From NCBI GenBank assembly GCA_023231475.1, contig JALJEE010002631.1, forward strand, positions 1-64,000: a stretch of DNA of 64,000 bases. Direction: 5' to 3'. This stretch comes from Seison nebaliae (taxonomy: Eukaryota). The position numbers and the translations under genes are program-made. Positions 1 to 13,060 of this stretch are shown here, in pieces. Under the pieces are notes generated by a model, which saw nothing but the letters and a program-made list of their open reading frames with translations, searched no databases and had not been told where the DNA came from. How positions within the stretch are numbered: the stretch's first letter is position 1; every line of letters starts with the position of its first letter.

Positions 1-141
1 CAGGATGTACAATTTAAAATTTATGATTATTACGATCCTACAAGAACAGCTACCGGCAAATTTTATTACGGTAAAGGAACCAAACGATTCTGTGATATTT
101 GTTTGAAGGGTAAAAAAGATTGTATTGTTGGTTGTGAATAA
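1..141 (+). CDS. 3' end of thioester-containing protein (TEP/CD109/alpha-2-macroglobulin family), partial
   Basis: Frame 1 reads QDVQFKIYDYYDPTRTATGKFYYGKGTKRFCDICLKGKKDCIVGCE*. The [VI]YDYY.P motif of the A2M receptor-binding domain followed by a CxxC...C tail is typical of CD109/invertebrate TEP C-termini. Confidence 0.7.
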   Translation, partial: QDVQFKIYDYYDPTRTATGKFYYGKGTKRFCDICLKGKKDCIVGCE

Positions 142-790
142 CGTTGACATAAACGTCATATGATATTAACATTACATTCACATATATGACATTATTACAA
201 TTCACCATAATAACACTGAAAATTACAAACAATACAATAATTGCCTAATTTCATTTTGGATTATGTTAATAAATCGCTTACGCCCCAATCTGAAGATATT
301 TGAAATTATTAATCAATAATTGAATCTAATTGCAAGAAAAAAATTTCAAATTCAATTTACTACGTAAGATAAGAAGTTTGAAATTATCGAACAAGTACTA
401 ATGTAAGAGAAATAATTAACATGTATAACAACTTTTATATAAATATATGAGAAAACACGAGATAAACATTTTCAGAACATTATGGTAATCATCAAACATT
501 TCTTTATTATAGAAACTCTTTGGGAAAATGTGATAATTATTTGAACGGGTAATAATTTGAGATGAAGAAAAAAATATCATAATAATTGAAAGATAGCAAA
601 AGAAACTTGGAAATAATGATATAATCGACTATTCATCAAAATTTTATAAATAAAAAATAATAGAAATAGCAACAGTTTTATAAACCGTTAAATCATAAAT
701 ATTATTGAAATTACTATTATTGGCAGATTGATATATTGATTTAAAGTTGATTAATTGAGTAACATGTTCATAGAAACATACCAGTTTAGA

Positions 791-1200
791 TTTTGGTTCG
801 AATAAACAGATGTGAATACAATGTTATTCAACCCCTTATATAGTATTACCATGAAATATGGAGATTGCCTCCATATTTTCCCCAACATTAAACGGGATAA
901 ATTTTGGTTCGAATAAACAGATGTGAATACAATGTTATTTAACCCCTTATATAGTATTACCATGAAATATGGAGATTGCCTCCATATTTTCCCAAACAAT
1001 AAACCTGGTAGATTTTGGTTCGAATAAACAGATGTGAATACAATGTTATATAACCCCTTATATAGTATTACCATGAAATATGGAGATTGCCTCCATATTT
1101 TCCCCAACAATAAACCGGGTAGATTTTGTTTCGAATATGTCTTTGAGACTCCCAAATTCTTATTGCCTTTATATTATTGAACATGAAATATGGAGATTGC
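791..1200. repeat. Tandem repeat, 111-bp unit, 3 full copies plus a degenerate partial copy
   Basis: TTTTG(G/T)TTCGAATA recurs at 791, 902, 1013 and 1124 (period 111). Each full unit contains the hairpin AAATATGGAG-ATTGC-CTCCATATTT. Confidence 0.9.
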
Positions 1201-1795
1201 CTTTCTCCTTGTTTTCCAGCAATTCTCCATTAGAAGCTTTATCCAATTAGGTATCCCCTTATTAAGTCCAAACCCAACCATTTTGGAATGAAGATGAGGA
1301 GACTAAATGAGAATTTCCTTTCCTTGTTTCCATGACGGAACAGTCTCCGGTGTTCCTCCTTGACAAATTGAAAGCAAATGACAAATTTGCCCTTTTTTCA
1401 TTTCTTCAGGGAGGAACTGTGAAACCTATACTGAAAACTGCATACTAAAACTCATTTAAACTTTAAACTAAAATGAATTCTCAAAATTTAACTTGTATAC
1501 CGTACGTTCAACGCACGTTGTAAAACAATGAACATGGATGCAAAAGCATAATTATTTTTGTACGATTTCATTTGCATTATCGCTAATATCAAACTTAAAC
1601 TCAAAATTTTAGCTCAACGATTGTTCTTTTATTTCGTCAAACTATATTTAATAATGTCCATTTTAAAACTATTTTTATTTTGAGCCGAATATATTCGAAA
1701 AAATTGAAGTAGAAAATCGATTCAAACCTTACTTTCAAGATTTTATAAAATTGGAAATTTGTAAAATATTCAAAATATTGCCTTGAGACACTTAT

Positions 1796-1935
1796 TGTTA
1801 ACCTGTAGAACTTTTAATGAGCTATCTAATGATATATATTTATATAGGTATTGACTCTAAAAAATTCCTTTTAATACAAGGTTTAAAAGTTTCTTCCTAA
1901 TTTGCTCCACTTTCCTAAATTGCCCCACACGACGG
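1796..1935 (-). mobile_element. 140-bp DNA-transposon terminal sequence, copy A (inverted relative to 3348-3487)
   Basis: Near-identical reverse complement of 3348-3487. It ends ...CCCCACACGACGG and carries subterminal sub-repeats (GTGGGGCAAT.TAGGA / GTGGAGCAAATTAGGA on the minus strand). Confidence 0.7.
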
Positions 1936-3347
1936 AACTAGTTTTTATCCAAAGTTCAATAAAAGCTGTTCAATAAAAAAAACAATAAATGCACTGTGCG
2001 GAGAAGCAGAATCTTTAATTTTTCGATTGAAAGTCATGTTCTGAAGAATCTTTCTCCCTACATGACACGGAGTGAGCAGAATGTTTCAAATATGGATTCT
2101 CTTTATTTCAATTTATTGAAAATTGCCCGAAATAGGACTTAACCTAAATAAGAAAAGAAAGATTCCTTATTAAGAGTTAGAATATTGTTGGAATTTATAC
2201 TTTAACTGTCTACTTATTATCAAAACACAGGGTGAATACCGCTCCTCGACCCGACTCAACCTCTCTCAACAATGGTGTTCTTTCTGCTGTCACCCGAAAT
2301 ACTCCTTTTCGACTGATTTGACAATGTCTGATCATGTCACATCTTTCTGACATAATTCCTCTCCCGCTACAAAAGGATATTCATCTTCGGACGTCTCCAC
2401 CACTATCCGGAATATCACTTTCCTCTCTCTCAATACACATGCACATCCGCTGCTCTTCCAATTTCGATATTGCTTCTCGTCCTCCGTTTTATTTACGCGA
2501 TGAAATCGAGATTGGAAGGAAACTTATTATAGATAAGTTGTACAGTGGGTTATGCTATTTTCTTTTTATTTTGCCCCGAGGGGATTTGAATTTATAAATA
2601 AAAAAAAAATCACTATTTGCATTTTATTTAAAATTTATTCTTTATCATGAGAATACATGAATTACTAAAAATAATATAACCTAAAATTAAAATATTTAAC
2701 TGACAATAATGTGAGTTAATAGATAGTATTCAATAAACATAGATTTTTGGGGAACTTTATTTTCAAAAGAAGCGAGAAATGAATAGAGAAAGTAGTTTAA
2801 AATTTGTAAGATTCCAATCGGCCATATTAGGATAACAGTAATATTCTTTGATAATAATAGATAAGTTAGTATTGATAATATTTTCCCGTCTATTTTGTAG
2901 TTATAAACATTATTTGCACAACCGGTAGTTTTCTTTTCCTTCTCAAATATTGTTGATGACCATCAGGAGATTAATCTCCTGATGTCAAAATACAATAAAA
3001 AACTTTTTTTTAAGTCGAACTTCTTTTTTTGTCCGACAGTTCGACATAAACTGTGGACTATATTGTGCGCTAGATAAACTTTAAAATAAACTACATTATG
3101 TTCTAACAAAATTTGTTCTATTTATATTCCTCATTATGACACGAATTATTCCACTTAAAATCCGACACGTCATCATCGCAACATTTTACCAGTAATTATA
3201 TAATATAATATATTAAATAAATTGAAATTAAATCTTCTTTTTGAGATAAAATGTGGCACATACATACTACAACTTTTAAGTTTAAAATTAAGCTTCAGTT
3301 AAGAAAAAAAACCTTTTTAATAGTAAATACAAAATTTATTATCAATA

Positions 3348-3487
3348 CCGTCATGTGGGGCAATCTAGGAAAGTGGAGCAAATTAGGAAGAAACTTTTAA
3401 AACTTGTATTAAAAGGGATTTTTTAGAGTCAATACCTATATAAATATATATCATTAGATAGCTCATTAAAAGTTCTACAGGTTAACA
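3348..3487 (+). mobile_element. 140-bp DNA-transposon terminal sequence, copy B (pogo/Tc1-mariner-like TA|CCGT...GGGG end)
   Basis: Starts TA|CCGTCATGTGGGGCAATCTAGGAAAGTGGAGCAAATTAGGAA and is an inverted copy of 1796-1935. The superfamily is inferred from the TA flank and the terminal pattern. Confidence 0.7.
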
Positions 3488-5294
3488 TTTCTTCTTGACA
3501 TTTTTAGTAAAACAAAAAATTTTATTTCATGTTTGATATTATGAATTTTTGAAAATTTATGCCCAATCTAATTTTGGCTTTTGTTTGATAGTTAACGTTG
3601 TTGTTAACAATAAAATTTCCCTTCATATATTTTTATATTTATTATCGTTCTTGTTCAAAATAGGATATAATATAGAGTTATATTGTACAGGAACGATACC
3701 ATCATATATCGTTCCACCTTAACGAATGAGATAATTTAGGCGAATAGATAATACAAGATAAATCGTTATTAGATGCCGACCTAATGAGACTTAAGTTTAT
3801 GAGAGTTATGAATACTATTTATGTAGTTAAGAATCATAATCTATTAATAAATATAACTATCTAATACTCATTGAGATCAGAAGGAAGTTGTAAAATCGGT
3901 TAGGTAAACGTTTAATTCTAGGAAGTTAGATTATAAAATATTTGTTATTGAAATATAAGATGGCTGGAACTTCTTTTGGAAATTGAAGGAAAGAGATATG
4001 GCTTCCATAAAGGAAATAAAAATTCATATAAATAATGACCCAAGGAATAAAATCGACGCAATATCTTTGCTTTCAATCAAATTATCAAGGTCTACATATC
4101 GGTTCACTTTTAGTTACTATTCTTCCTTATTAACATCATAACATCTGCTGATATAGGAAGAAGGACAACTTCCTGTTCGTGATAAAGATTTTCATTAGAG
4201 AATTTTCATTGAGAAAGTGTCTAATTAAATTCGACCATTATCAATGAAAACACAATCAATTTGATGTGAATTTACAGGTAATTGTCGATTGGTTTGCTTG
4301 AATCTTAATTTGTTATTAAAGTATCAATCATCAAATATCGAATTGAAAGAAAAAATAATGAACATGAAATAAATATTAATGATCAATTCGAAAATACATT
4401 TCATTTATCTATTATATAACTTGTATTTTATGGAAAATCGTCGAAAGAACCTTCTTGTTTCGTTTTGAATCAAACAGAAAACTTGACGAACAATAGAGAA
4501 GGTATTCGTGGATATAATCATATCGAATACATGTAGATATTTGGGAAATATGTTTAAAATAATAGATAATGAATATTTCCATATCTCATCCTCTTTAGAG
4601 ACTTTAGGTAGATACTGTCTTACATATCAATACAATATCTTAGTCCTTTTACTGACGTTAGTAAGATGAATGGGAGGTCTATTGTATTCATTCGTGTGTT
4701 ATTCTGTCGACGTATATCATTTACTTGAAAGACACGAGATAAATAAAAAGAAAGTCCTTCAAGTAATCAATATATAAATAATTTCCGATTAAAATAGAAG
4801 CAAAATCTTCCAAACTTTTCATTGATAATTCTAATTACATATAAGAAGTTAATTTAACTTTAATTTTTATACCAGAAGCAAATGATAATTATCCTGTTCC
4901 CACAAATCCCAAATTATAGAATTAGATAAATTTTCCCTTTTTTCTTCTTTGCATCATTTTCTCACATATAAGGTAATAGGAAAATTTTCGTTTTACTTAT
5001 CTTTTTAGAAGTTTGACCTTTTCTGACATATTAAGTCAAAAAATAGTTGATTTCATCTGACTTAATTGGATGATTGCATCACTATCGAAACGACAATAAT
5101 TCAATAATTTTTCTCTTAATAGTCTGGGTCGTATCAATGCGCTGATGATAAACATTTCATAACTGTACATGAAATTTTATCGCGAATCAAATTGAAGAAA
5201 AGAAAATTAAATTTTTCCCTAACCACTTTTCTTTTCATAACGATAGAAATATATTTCTCACAATTTTATTTTTGTCGAAACGATTTGAACAAAA

Positions 5295-7430
5295 ATGGCG
5301 AAACAACATTTTGTTCTAGAAACGGATGGAAAGAAGAAATTATCGGAATATCAGAAAGAAAAAGCAAAATATTTTTTTGAAGAAAATTTAGGTTGAATGT
5401 TAAATTAATTCTCCTAAATTACTGATCATTTTCCATTTTTAAGATATTGACGAGAAGGGTTACATCAAATGGAATGATATCGAATTCTATATTATGGTTA
5501 GATCAAAAGAAGAGAATTGTAAATTTATAATAAATTCATTTTGGAATATGTCGTTCGAATGCATAATAAATTCTTTCCATATTCTCTTTTAAAGTTCCAT
5601 ATTACACCTTTGAGTGATGGTGAAGTGAAATTAGAGAAAGCAAGTGCGGCAACAAAAGACCTTTGGACAAAACTACTATCGTTCGACAAATCAAAGAAAT
5701 CGGAAAAAATTTCTTTATCAAAATTTTATGTTTTTACTTGTTTTATCCTTGCAAGTTCGGACTGATGTTTTTCTTTAACTTTTTATACAAAGACTATTTG
5801 GTATTCGATTGTTCAACATATCAAACAATACGATGCTTTACCTTCATTCTTGGAGAAATATATTCGACAAATTTTTCCGTTATTCACAGACGGTTCCCTT
5901 CCATCATTTCCTTTATTCAATTTTCCTTTAGAAAAGGAGACAATTCCTTTCGATATTTTCCGAACTCTATATCAGAACATGGAATTGAATCCTTCGTATT
6001 TTCGTATTGCGATGGCGAAATTAACAGAAGTTAAACATTTTTATTATTTCTTTTTCTAAATATTTAATGTCTAGAACGAAGAGAAACCATTGAGTGTTGA
6101 CAGAATCATTTTATTAACGAAAGAATTGATCGAACATGAAGACCCGACGTCAGATAAACATTTCTTCCTTCCCGGATTCTATCGAGTTATTATGAAGAAG
6201 AATTTAGATCAACCGAAAGATCAGAAAAAAGAAGTTCCTTTAAAAGCAAATCCAAACTCCGATTTTATTTTCCATCCGTTTTTCAATCAACAACCTTCAC
6301 AATTTCCATCTGGTATTGAAGAAGTTGATGAAACTACTACTACTACTGATACAAAATCGGAGAATATAGAACCTGAAAATCGATCAACATCATCAATAGG
6401 GAGAGAGAAATTTAAAGCGACCGCCAATCCGCTCGAAGAAAAACTTAATGATAATCAATTTGTTTCATTCTTCGATTTATTCTCAGGAGATCCATCAAAT
6501 GAAATGGATGATGTGGAAGATGTGCTCATTGAAGAAATGAAGAAGAATCAAAATCGTGCATCACACATACCAAATCCTTCACAAAACATCCCGCCAGCAT
6601 TCATTAATTCCCCATCGTTATTTGATAAACATAAGAGAACTTTCGTGGATTTTGTACGTGCATCGAAAGGAAATATCGTCGCACGATTTATGGAAGAAAT
6701 TCCAATTTCTGATTACGTGAAATTGTTGAAAGATGAGAAAATTGATGGACCGTTACCTCCAAAAGAATCGGTAAATGAGAAGATTTATGGTGAATTAAAA
6801 AAGAAGTTAGATAAGAAGAAATATTCAACTAAATCTCATTCGTCTCATTCGAAACGAATTCCAAGTAAAGTTCTAATTTTCATTGTATATCATTCTGCAA
6901 ATGATTTTCTCTTTAGGAAAAACCGAAAGAAGAAAGTCATACGAAATTTTTAAATTCCAAATCTAGACCTTCAACTAGAAGTTTAGTACTATATTTTTAC
7001 TAAATTTTCCATAAAATCATTTTCAGTTCAAAAAGATCGAAGATCGCCAATTGCAAGAATTTTTGAAGGAAAGACAAATCGAATGGAAAATAATGATAGG
7101 AGAAAGAGTGCTCAACCAACAACGTTTACAAAGCCAAATAGATCGGTAAACTTAAATCGAAACAACAATAATAACAACAGTTTGGATGATATGTCTCCAT
7201 TAAATGAATCGTTTGATGAGAATTCACAAATCTATTATCCGATAAATAAAGAACCAATAACTAGAAAACGGGAAAAGGTAGTTGGAAGTGATAATCATCT
7301 ATTTATATCGGAAGACGATGGTTTGAAAAGTAATGGGAACGAAGGACATCGAAAAATGACTGAAATGTTCGAAAATTATAATGAACTTCCAAAAGATGTT
7401 CAACAATTCCTCTATTCCAGTTACAAATAA
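5295..7430 (+). CDS. EF-hand protein (sarcoplasmic calcium-binding protein/calexcitin-like N-terminus) with long low-complexity C-terminal extension; multi-exon
   Basis: Spliced start MAKQHFVLETDGKKKLSEYQKEKAKYFFEENL|DIDEKGYIKWNDIE gives an EF-hand loop preceded by an SCP-like 'LSEYQKEK..YFF' helix. Later sequence reads 'FRTLYQNMELNPSYFRIAMAKLTE|NEEKPLSVDRIILLTKELIEHEDPTSDKHFFLPG'. Continues into ORFs 6090-6953 and 7083-7430. Confidence 0.65.
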
Positions 7431-7596
7431 CCAAGACGGAAAATAACCATCTTTAAGGAGAACATATTTAAGGGTAAATAAATTAGAAAATATTAAATAA
7501 TAAATTTATTGATACTAAATAATAATATGAAATGGATCTAAACAAATTTTGATGAGAAATACATTTTACCGGATGGAAAGTTTTAATAAATTCAAT

Positions 7597-9185
7597 TTAT
7601 TTCTTAAATGATATCGTTTCATACACATCATTATCTGCGTAAAGATTTCCTGGATTAACGATGACAGATTCGTCTTTATTGAAATGTTTCGTTTTTTGGA
7701 ATCGATCGTTCTCATTAACGATAAATTCGTCGGTTATTGGATAAGTATAATTCTTTGAGTAAAGTGATGGATATCGATTCTTTTTCAATTGAAGTTGTTG
7801 ATAAATGATAAATCCAATTAAAATAATGAGAACAGGAACGATAATCGTTATACAAATAATTACAACGATTGCCAAAATATTCCGATCATTTCTATTATAA
7901 AGCATCGATAATAAATTTGTTTTTGCTGTTTCCTTTTTTTCTTTATTATCTGCTCGAAAGATGGAATAAATTACAAGGAATTTAAAAGAAAATATTAACT
8001 TTTCATATTCCATTTCGATGGATATATTTTGATGGTAGGTAAATATGTTCGTTGTTTTGTTGAAATGATACGAATAGGAATTGGAGTTATTGTTGAAGTT
8101 TCAGTTGAAGTTGTAGTGGTGAGTGGTGAAACGGTGGATGAACTTTTTATTGTGTTATGAAGTTGATTTAGAACGTGATTAATATTTCTATTATCTTCCT
8201 CATTCATGATGGAGAATTCACAAAATTTACCATATTGATGATGTTCACAATGACATTTCCCAGGATCAGTGGAGCAGATTCCTCGACAACGTTTATCATT
8301 CGGTATACACACTTCACAGTACTTCCCTGTAAATGATTTTGGACATCTATGAAAAGTAGAATTATAAGTGCGAAGAGAAAGAAATTGTTCTAACGTGCAA
8401 TGATTAAAGTGTAAACATTGACCACCGTTTTGGCATTTGCATTCAGCTACTTCACACTGTTTACCTTTCCATCCGGATTTACAAACACGCTTTCCCGTTG
8501 CTTCTTCACATTCATAATTGCTCAACAACGATGATCGACAATAATTGGAACATTGTTTACCATAGAAGTAAGTGGAACATCGTCGTTGACCTTTCAACGT
8601 CAAATGGATTTTTGGTAGTTGAACATAATTATAATTATTCAATCGATTATTCGAATTTGCATCGATCCACTTATATTCGTCGATTAATTTCCGATAATTA
8701 CTTTGAAGAAATCGATGATGTGTTCGATATACTTTTATTGAAATTGCAATCGGCGTATTAATCTAAAAAATAATGAAAATTATTAAACTTAAAAGAAAAA
8801 ATTTAACTTTTAATTTTGTTGGGAATTTAATATGGAATGATGATAGTTTCGAAACATTTTCCAACAATGTTCTCTTCTCCCAATAATCACAACTAATTTT
8901 TCTTAACTTGTTCGGGAATAATGCATTGACATTTGTCACACAAAAATCGATTTCAATCCGTTCACATGTTGTTATAGTACGAAAATCCACAAATTGATTC
9001 GTTTCACATTTGGCTGATTCGATCAGTTTGTTGAGATGTTCATTATTCTCTACTTCTAATCTGAAATACCATTTGCATTCCACCTAATCAAATATAAAAA
9101 ATTTAATTAAAAATGTGATAAAGAATCGTCTAACTTGAATTATCCGAATTGCGATGAATAATGAAATTGTGTAAAAGAAAAACAT
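7597..9185 (-). CDS. Delta/Serrate (DSL) family Notch ligand-like protein: signal peptide, MNNL-like region, DSL, EGF repeats, Ser/Thr stalk, TM, cytoplasmic tail
   Basis: Signal peptide MFFFYTISLFIAIRIIQ|V. DSL motif CSTYFYGKQCSNYC...YECEEATGKRVCKSGWKGKQC. EGF CQNGGQC..HCT|CPKSFTGKYC after removing intron 8347-8394. TM segment ILAIVVIICITIIVPVLIILIGFII. Confidence 0.8.
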
Positions 9186-11056
9186 TTCTATTCAGAAAAA
9201 TAAATGATGGAAATTGAATCGATAGAAGTGTAAGAAATTCTGTTATTTAAAGTCAATAGAATTATCGTTAAGTTGATAGAACGTCATGGAATGAGTAGAA
9301 TCTTCCGTTTCTCCTACTCATAGATACGAAGGTGAAATGATGGTACGCGTGCCGCTGTAAACTCGCCACTTTTTTCCGCGGATGATATTGATGTGATCAA
9401 TAAAATGATGCGGCAGGACATGAAAGAAAATATTGTGAATAGAACAGGATATGATTCGATTTACATGAAATAACGCCCAAAATGAAGATGAGATTGAAGG
9501 TCTGAAAGAGATATTTCTTCTTTCGCTTATGTCATTTCGGTTCCGTTACTTGAAACAATAAAATCCAAATTGATTTATACTCAATTTGGTTCGATTGAAA
9601 GGGAAAGTGTTTAATGGAAATTGATGATGAATGAAACATCCTCCCATTTGTAGAGGAATGATTTATATTTATTGGAGAAGATTCATTCAATAAATTATTA
9701 GCGGAAATCAATTGTGTAAATCACCAGATAGACAGGATAGACACCGCAACTGTCTAATGAAGAAGATTTTGGTTGAAATAAAAAAAATTTCTCACCTAAT
9801 TGACAGCACTGCCAATAATATGTGGGTACTTCCTTAATCAATTTGGATGTCTGATCGTTAATGCTTGGAAAAGGCGAACTGTAGCTAAGTAGGTGAAGCA
9901 GAAGTTTTAATTCTTTATTCCATAACTCTCCTCCACATCCGAATCAAATGGATTCTCAAAAACGAAAGAAAAAAATGTAGATATGTACAATTTATTATCT
10001 GTAAACTTAAAAGTTTCTTTTATTCATAAATCCAAAAAAAATTTAATCTTCTCAATATTCATTCATGACACGTTCTATGAAAGTCTCGCTTCTCTTCGAT
10101 TTGTTTTGATGTTAACGTCGCTAAGAGAACGTTCGATGAATTTTATAATAATCATCCTCTTAATGAAGGCGAATGGAAGTGTTACCGATGTGTGAGCGCT
10201 CGTGTCCACAAAACTTTCTTTCTTATCAATCACTGTCAATCCTTTAATTAAATGGATCTAATCGAAAACTATATTCTGATATGACTTCCACACTCTTCTT
10301 TCTTAACGAAATGAAAGAAATTCATATCTTCTTAATACTCTTATTTTTCATCATCATCATCATGATCATCATTATCCATCTAATAACGTTGATCACCTAT
10401 TAGTATCAGTAGTTTGCATAGTCCACTTCAACTATCCACTTTCTTTTCCTACTTCACTTAAATGAGTTGAAATGTATAAGAGAACTGTACGATATTGATC
10501 GCGTGCCAATAAATGAGATGAATGATTAGTCATCAAGTGCATCGAAAGTTCGAAATTCGAACAATAATTTCTATCCAAATCAATCGGATGATGATTGAAA
10601 TTCTGTTTCTTTCATGAAAATTCGACAAATTATAAACTTTATTCCGAATTAAATTTATAGTAGATATTTTTTTTGTGAGAATAATTTTCCTTATCAGAAT
10701 ATGTAAATATTTTGGGAAGTGAAAAGAAGAAATTTGGATGTTTGGTTTCGGACGACGATTGAAAGACGTTCTGATCACGTCGACGTGGAAGTGAGATGTA
10801 AATGAGAAATAATAAAGTTAAATCTAAAATCAACGACAATATTTTTCAGGTTTATTTGATGTAAATTGATTTTATTGATAATTGGAAAAGTAAATTGTTG
10901 GAAGGAGAACAAATAATGAGAGAGTGGATGGAATGAAAGTTAGAGAAAAGAAAGAATAATCTTCTCCTTTCTCTTGCGATTATGCGAGGAACATGATTTA
11001 ATATACAAAATAAATTTTAAATTGTAAAACAAAATGAAGTTCTGCAGATATGACTA

Positions 11057-12373
11057 TTATTCTGATTGTTCATTCGAATTGGAGTTGTGTTGTCGATGAA
11101 TTGACGATCTTCGTCTTCTCCGTCTCGCTTCCAACTTTGTATCGAGAAAGCCTTTCACTGCCGTTCCCACACAATTGATATCGAGTAAAAACGTGTCATG
11201 TCCATACATACTATCGACTTCATAATACGTGACGAAAGTGTTCCCTGAGGCCGTGAGACAGTCGGCAAGTTCACGTTGTTGAGTCACCGGAAATAAGATA
11301 TCGCTATTTACACCGATCACTAGAATCGGACATTTTATTTCGCAACATGATGCATCTAAGCTCTTCGTCGAGTCTTCACTTAAACTGAACAAATCCATTG
11401 CCTTCGAGATGATGATTAAAGAATTGGGATCATATTTTGTACAAAATTTCTCTCCTTGATACTTCAAGTATTGTTCGATTTGAAATGACAATTCATTCAT
11501 TTTTGGTCCCGTTCCGTCGAACGACTTTGTTTTCTTTGTTCCGAATCGTATCTCCCATTCCGGACCTGAACGATAAGTCATCGAGGCAATTTCTCTCGCC
11601 AACTTCATTCCCTTTTCTGGCCATCTACCTGTATTATAATAATCTCCATTCTGCCAATCATTATCCGTCACTATCGACTGTCTAGCTAAGTGACGTAAAG
11701 CAATTGATGAGGGATGAGATTTGCCACACGCCGAAATTGTAACAGCACGATTGATACGATCCGGATACATTTTAGTCGCCATCATCGAACACATTCCACC
11801 TAACGATGATCCGATGACAGCATGCACTTTACTTATACCTAAATGATCGAGAACTCGAAATTGAGATTCAACAAAGTCTCGAACATTCAACATTGGAAAT
11901 CTACTTCCAAATGGACGATTTGTTTTGCAATCGGTAGACGACGGCCCTATCGATCCATAACAACCACCAATATGATTCATACAAATTATAAAATATTTCT
12001 CAGGATCAATGGCAGAACCGGGTGCTATGAAATTCTCCCACCATCCATCTTCAGGATTTCCATCATTGCTCTTCGCATGTGATGTGGCACTGAGACCTGT
12101 GAATAACAGAACTGTATTACTTCTGTCTTTATTCAATTTGCCCCATGTCTCATACGCAACTTTCAACTCGGGTAACTTCTCTCCATAATATAAAGGAAAT
12201 TCTTTTTTTTCATGAAACAATTGATAACCGTTGGCTTGAGTCTGATAATGTGGTGGATTGTGAATGTTATCCGCATTCAATCGTCCCACTGTCTGATGTA
12301 TACTCTGACGACATTGTAAATTGAAAGAAGTTTGTTTAATAAATCTCATCAGAAACTTTTTCGTAGTGTTCAT
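11057..12373 (-). CDS. Homoserine O-acetyltransferase (MetX) family, serine O-succinyl/acetyltransferase (Cys2-like) type; probable mitochondrial presequence; intronless
   Basis: Motifs VAYETWGKLN, TGLSATSHA, GWWE, nucleophile GSSLGGM, DILFP and GHDTFL. Confidence 0.9.
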   Translation of the reverse strand: MNTTKKFLMRFIKQTSFNLQCRQSIHQTVGRLNADNIHNPPHYQTQANGYQLFHEKKEFPLYYGEKLPELKVAYETWGKLNKDRSNTVLLFTGLSATSHAKSNDGNPEDGWWENFIAPGSAIDPEKYFIICMNHIGGCYGSIGPSSTDCKTNRPFGSRFPMLNVRDFVESQFRVLDHLGISKVHAVIGSSLGGMCSMMATKMYPDRINRAVTISACGKSHPSSIALRHLARQSIVTDNDWQNGDYYNTGRWPEKGMKLAREIASMTYRSGPEWEIRFGTKKTKSFDGTGPKMNELSFQIEQYLKYQGEKFCTKYDPNSLIIISKAMDLFSLSEDSTKSLDASCCEIKCPILVIGVNSDILFPVTQQRELADCLTASGNTFVTYYEVDSMYGHDTFLLDINCVGTAVKGFLDTKLEARRRRRRSSIHRQHNSNSNEQSE

Positions 12374-13060
12374 TATAAAACTGAAATATTTTTGGACTTC
12401 TTTAAAAAATTATTCTACGTTATTAAATGGGAAAAATTAGGAAGAATACATAGAATTGACGGAGAACATTTAGAAAAAACGAACGGAAATGAAACGGATT
12501 AAATAAATTATAAGAAAATTGAATTGGGAATGTTTTTTTTTATTAGACATTCTTATTAATTTTATTTAAAACATCTTTCTTCTCTTTTATACTACGCTGG
12601 CTTAAGAGTGGCAGCTGCTGATTTCGCAACATTTTGTCGAAATTGGGTGAAAATTACAACGCTAAATTTCTCCTCCTCATTTTCGAATAGAAGGGAAGAA
12701 AAGAAGTTTAATTCGTTAAAATTAATATTCCCATTGGAACAATATCACATATCAATCATGCTTTCGAATCATGGGTGTTGGCACTTTTTACTCATTTACT
12801 TTATTTACTTTCGATAAATTGCCAAGTCATCATATTCGAGAATTTAGAGAAATTTTTATAATTTTATCAACAACAATTTTTTTTAGTTAAAATTTCATAA
12901 CAAGAAATAAGATCATCATTCAACTTAACATTACGGAAAGTATTATTGGGATCTCACCTTGAAATCCTCTTGATGAAATGACATGAAACATGAAAATTAT
13001 TAGAGAAGATGATCAACCGCAGATGAGGAATTAAAAAATTTTAATGTTCAAATCCAAGTC

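Noticed and set aside
751..1155. 134-aa ORF as a real gene
   Set aside because: It is simply the open frame of the 111-bp tandem repeat, starts at a non-ATG codon and has no recognisable domain.
791..1200. CRISPR array
   Set aside because: Sequences between the hairpins are near-identical rather than unique spacers, the context is eukaryotic, and there are no cas genes.
10533..10839. Possible secreted peptide precursor ORFs
   Set aside because: Weak hydrophobic start on a non-ATG codon and no convincing exon structure.
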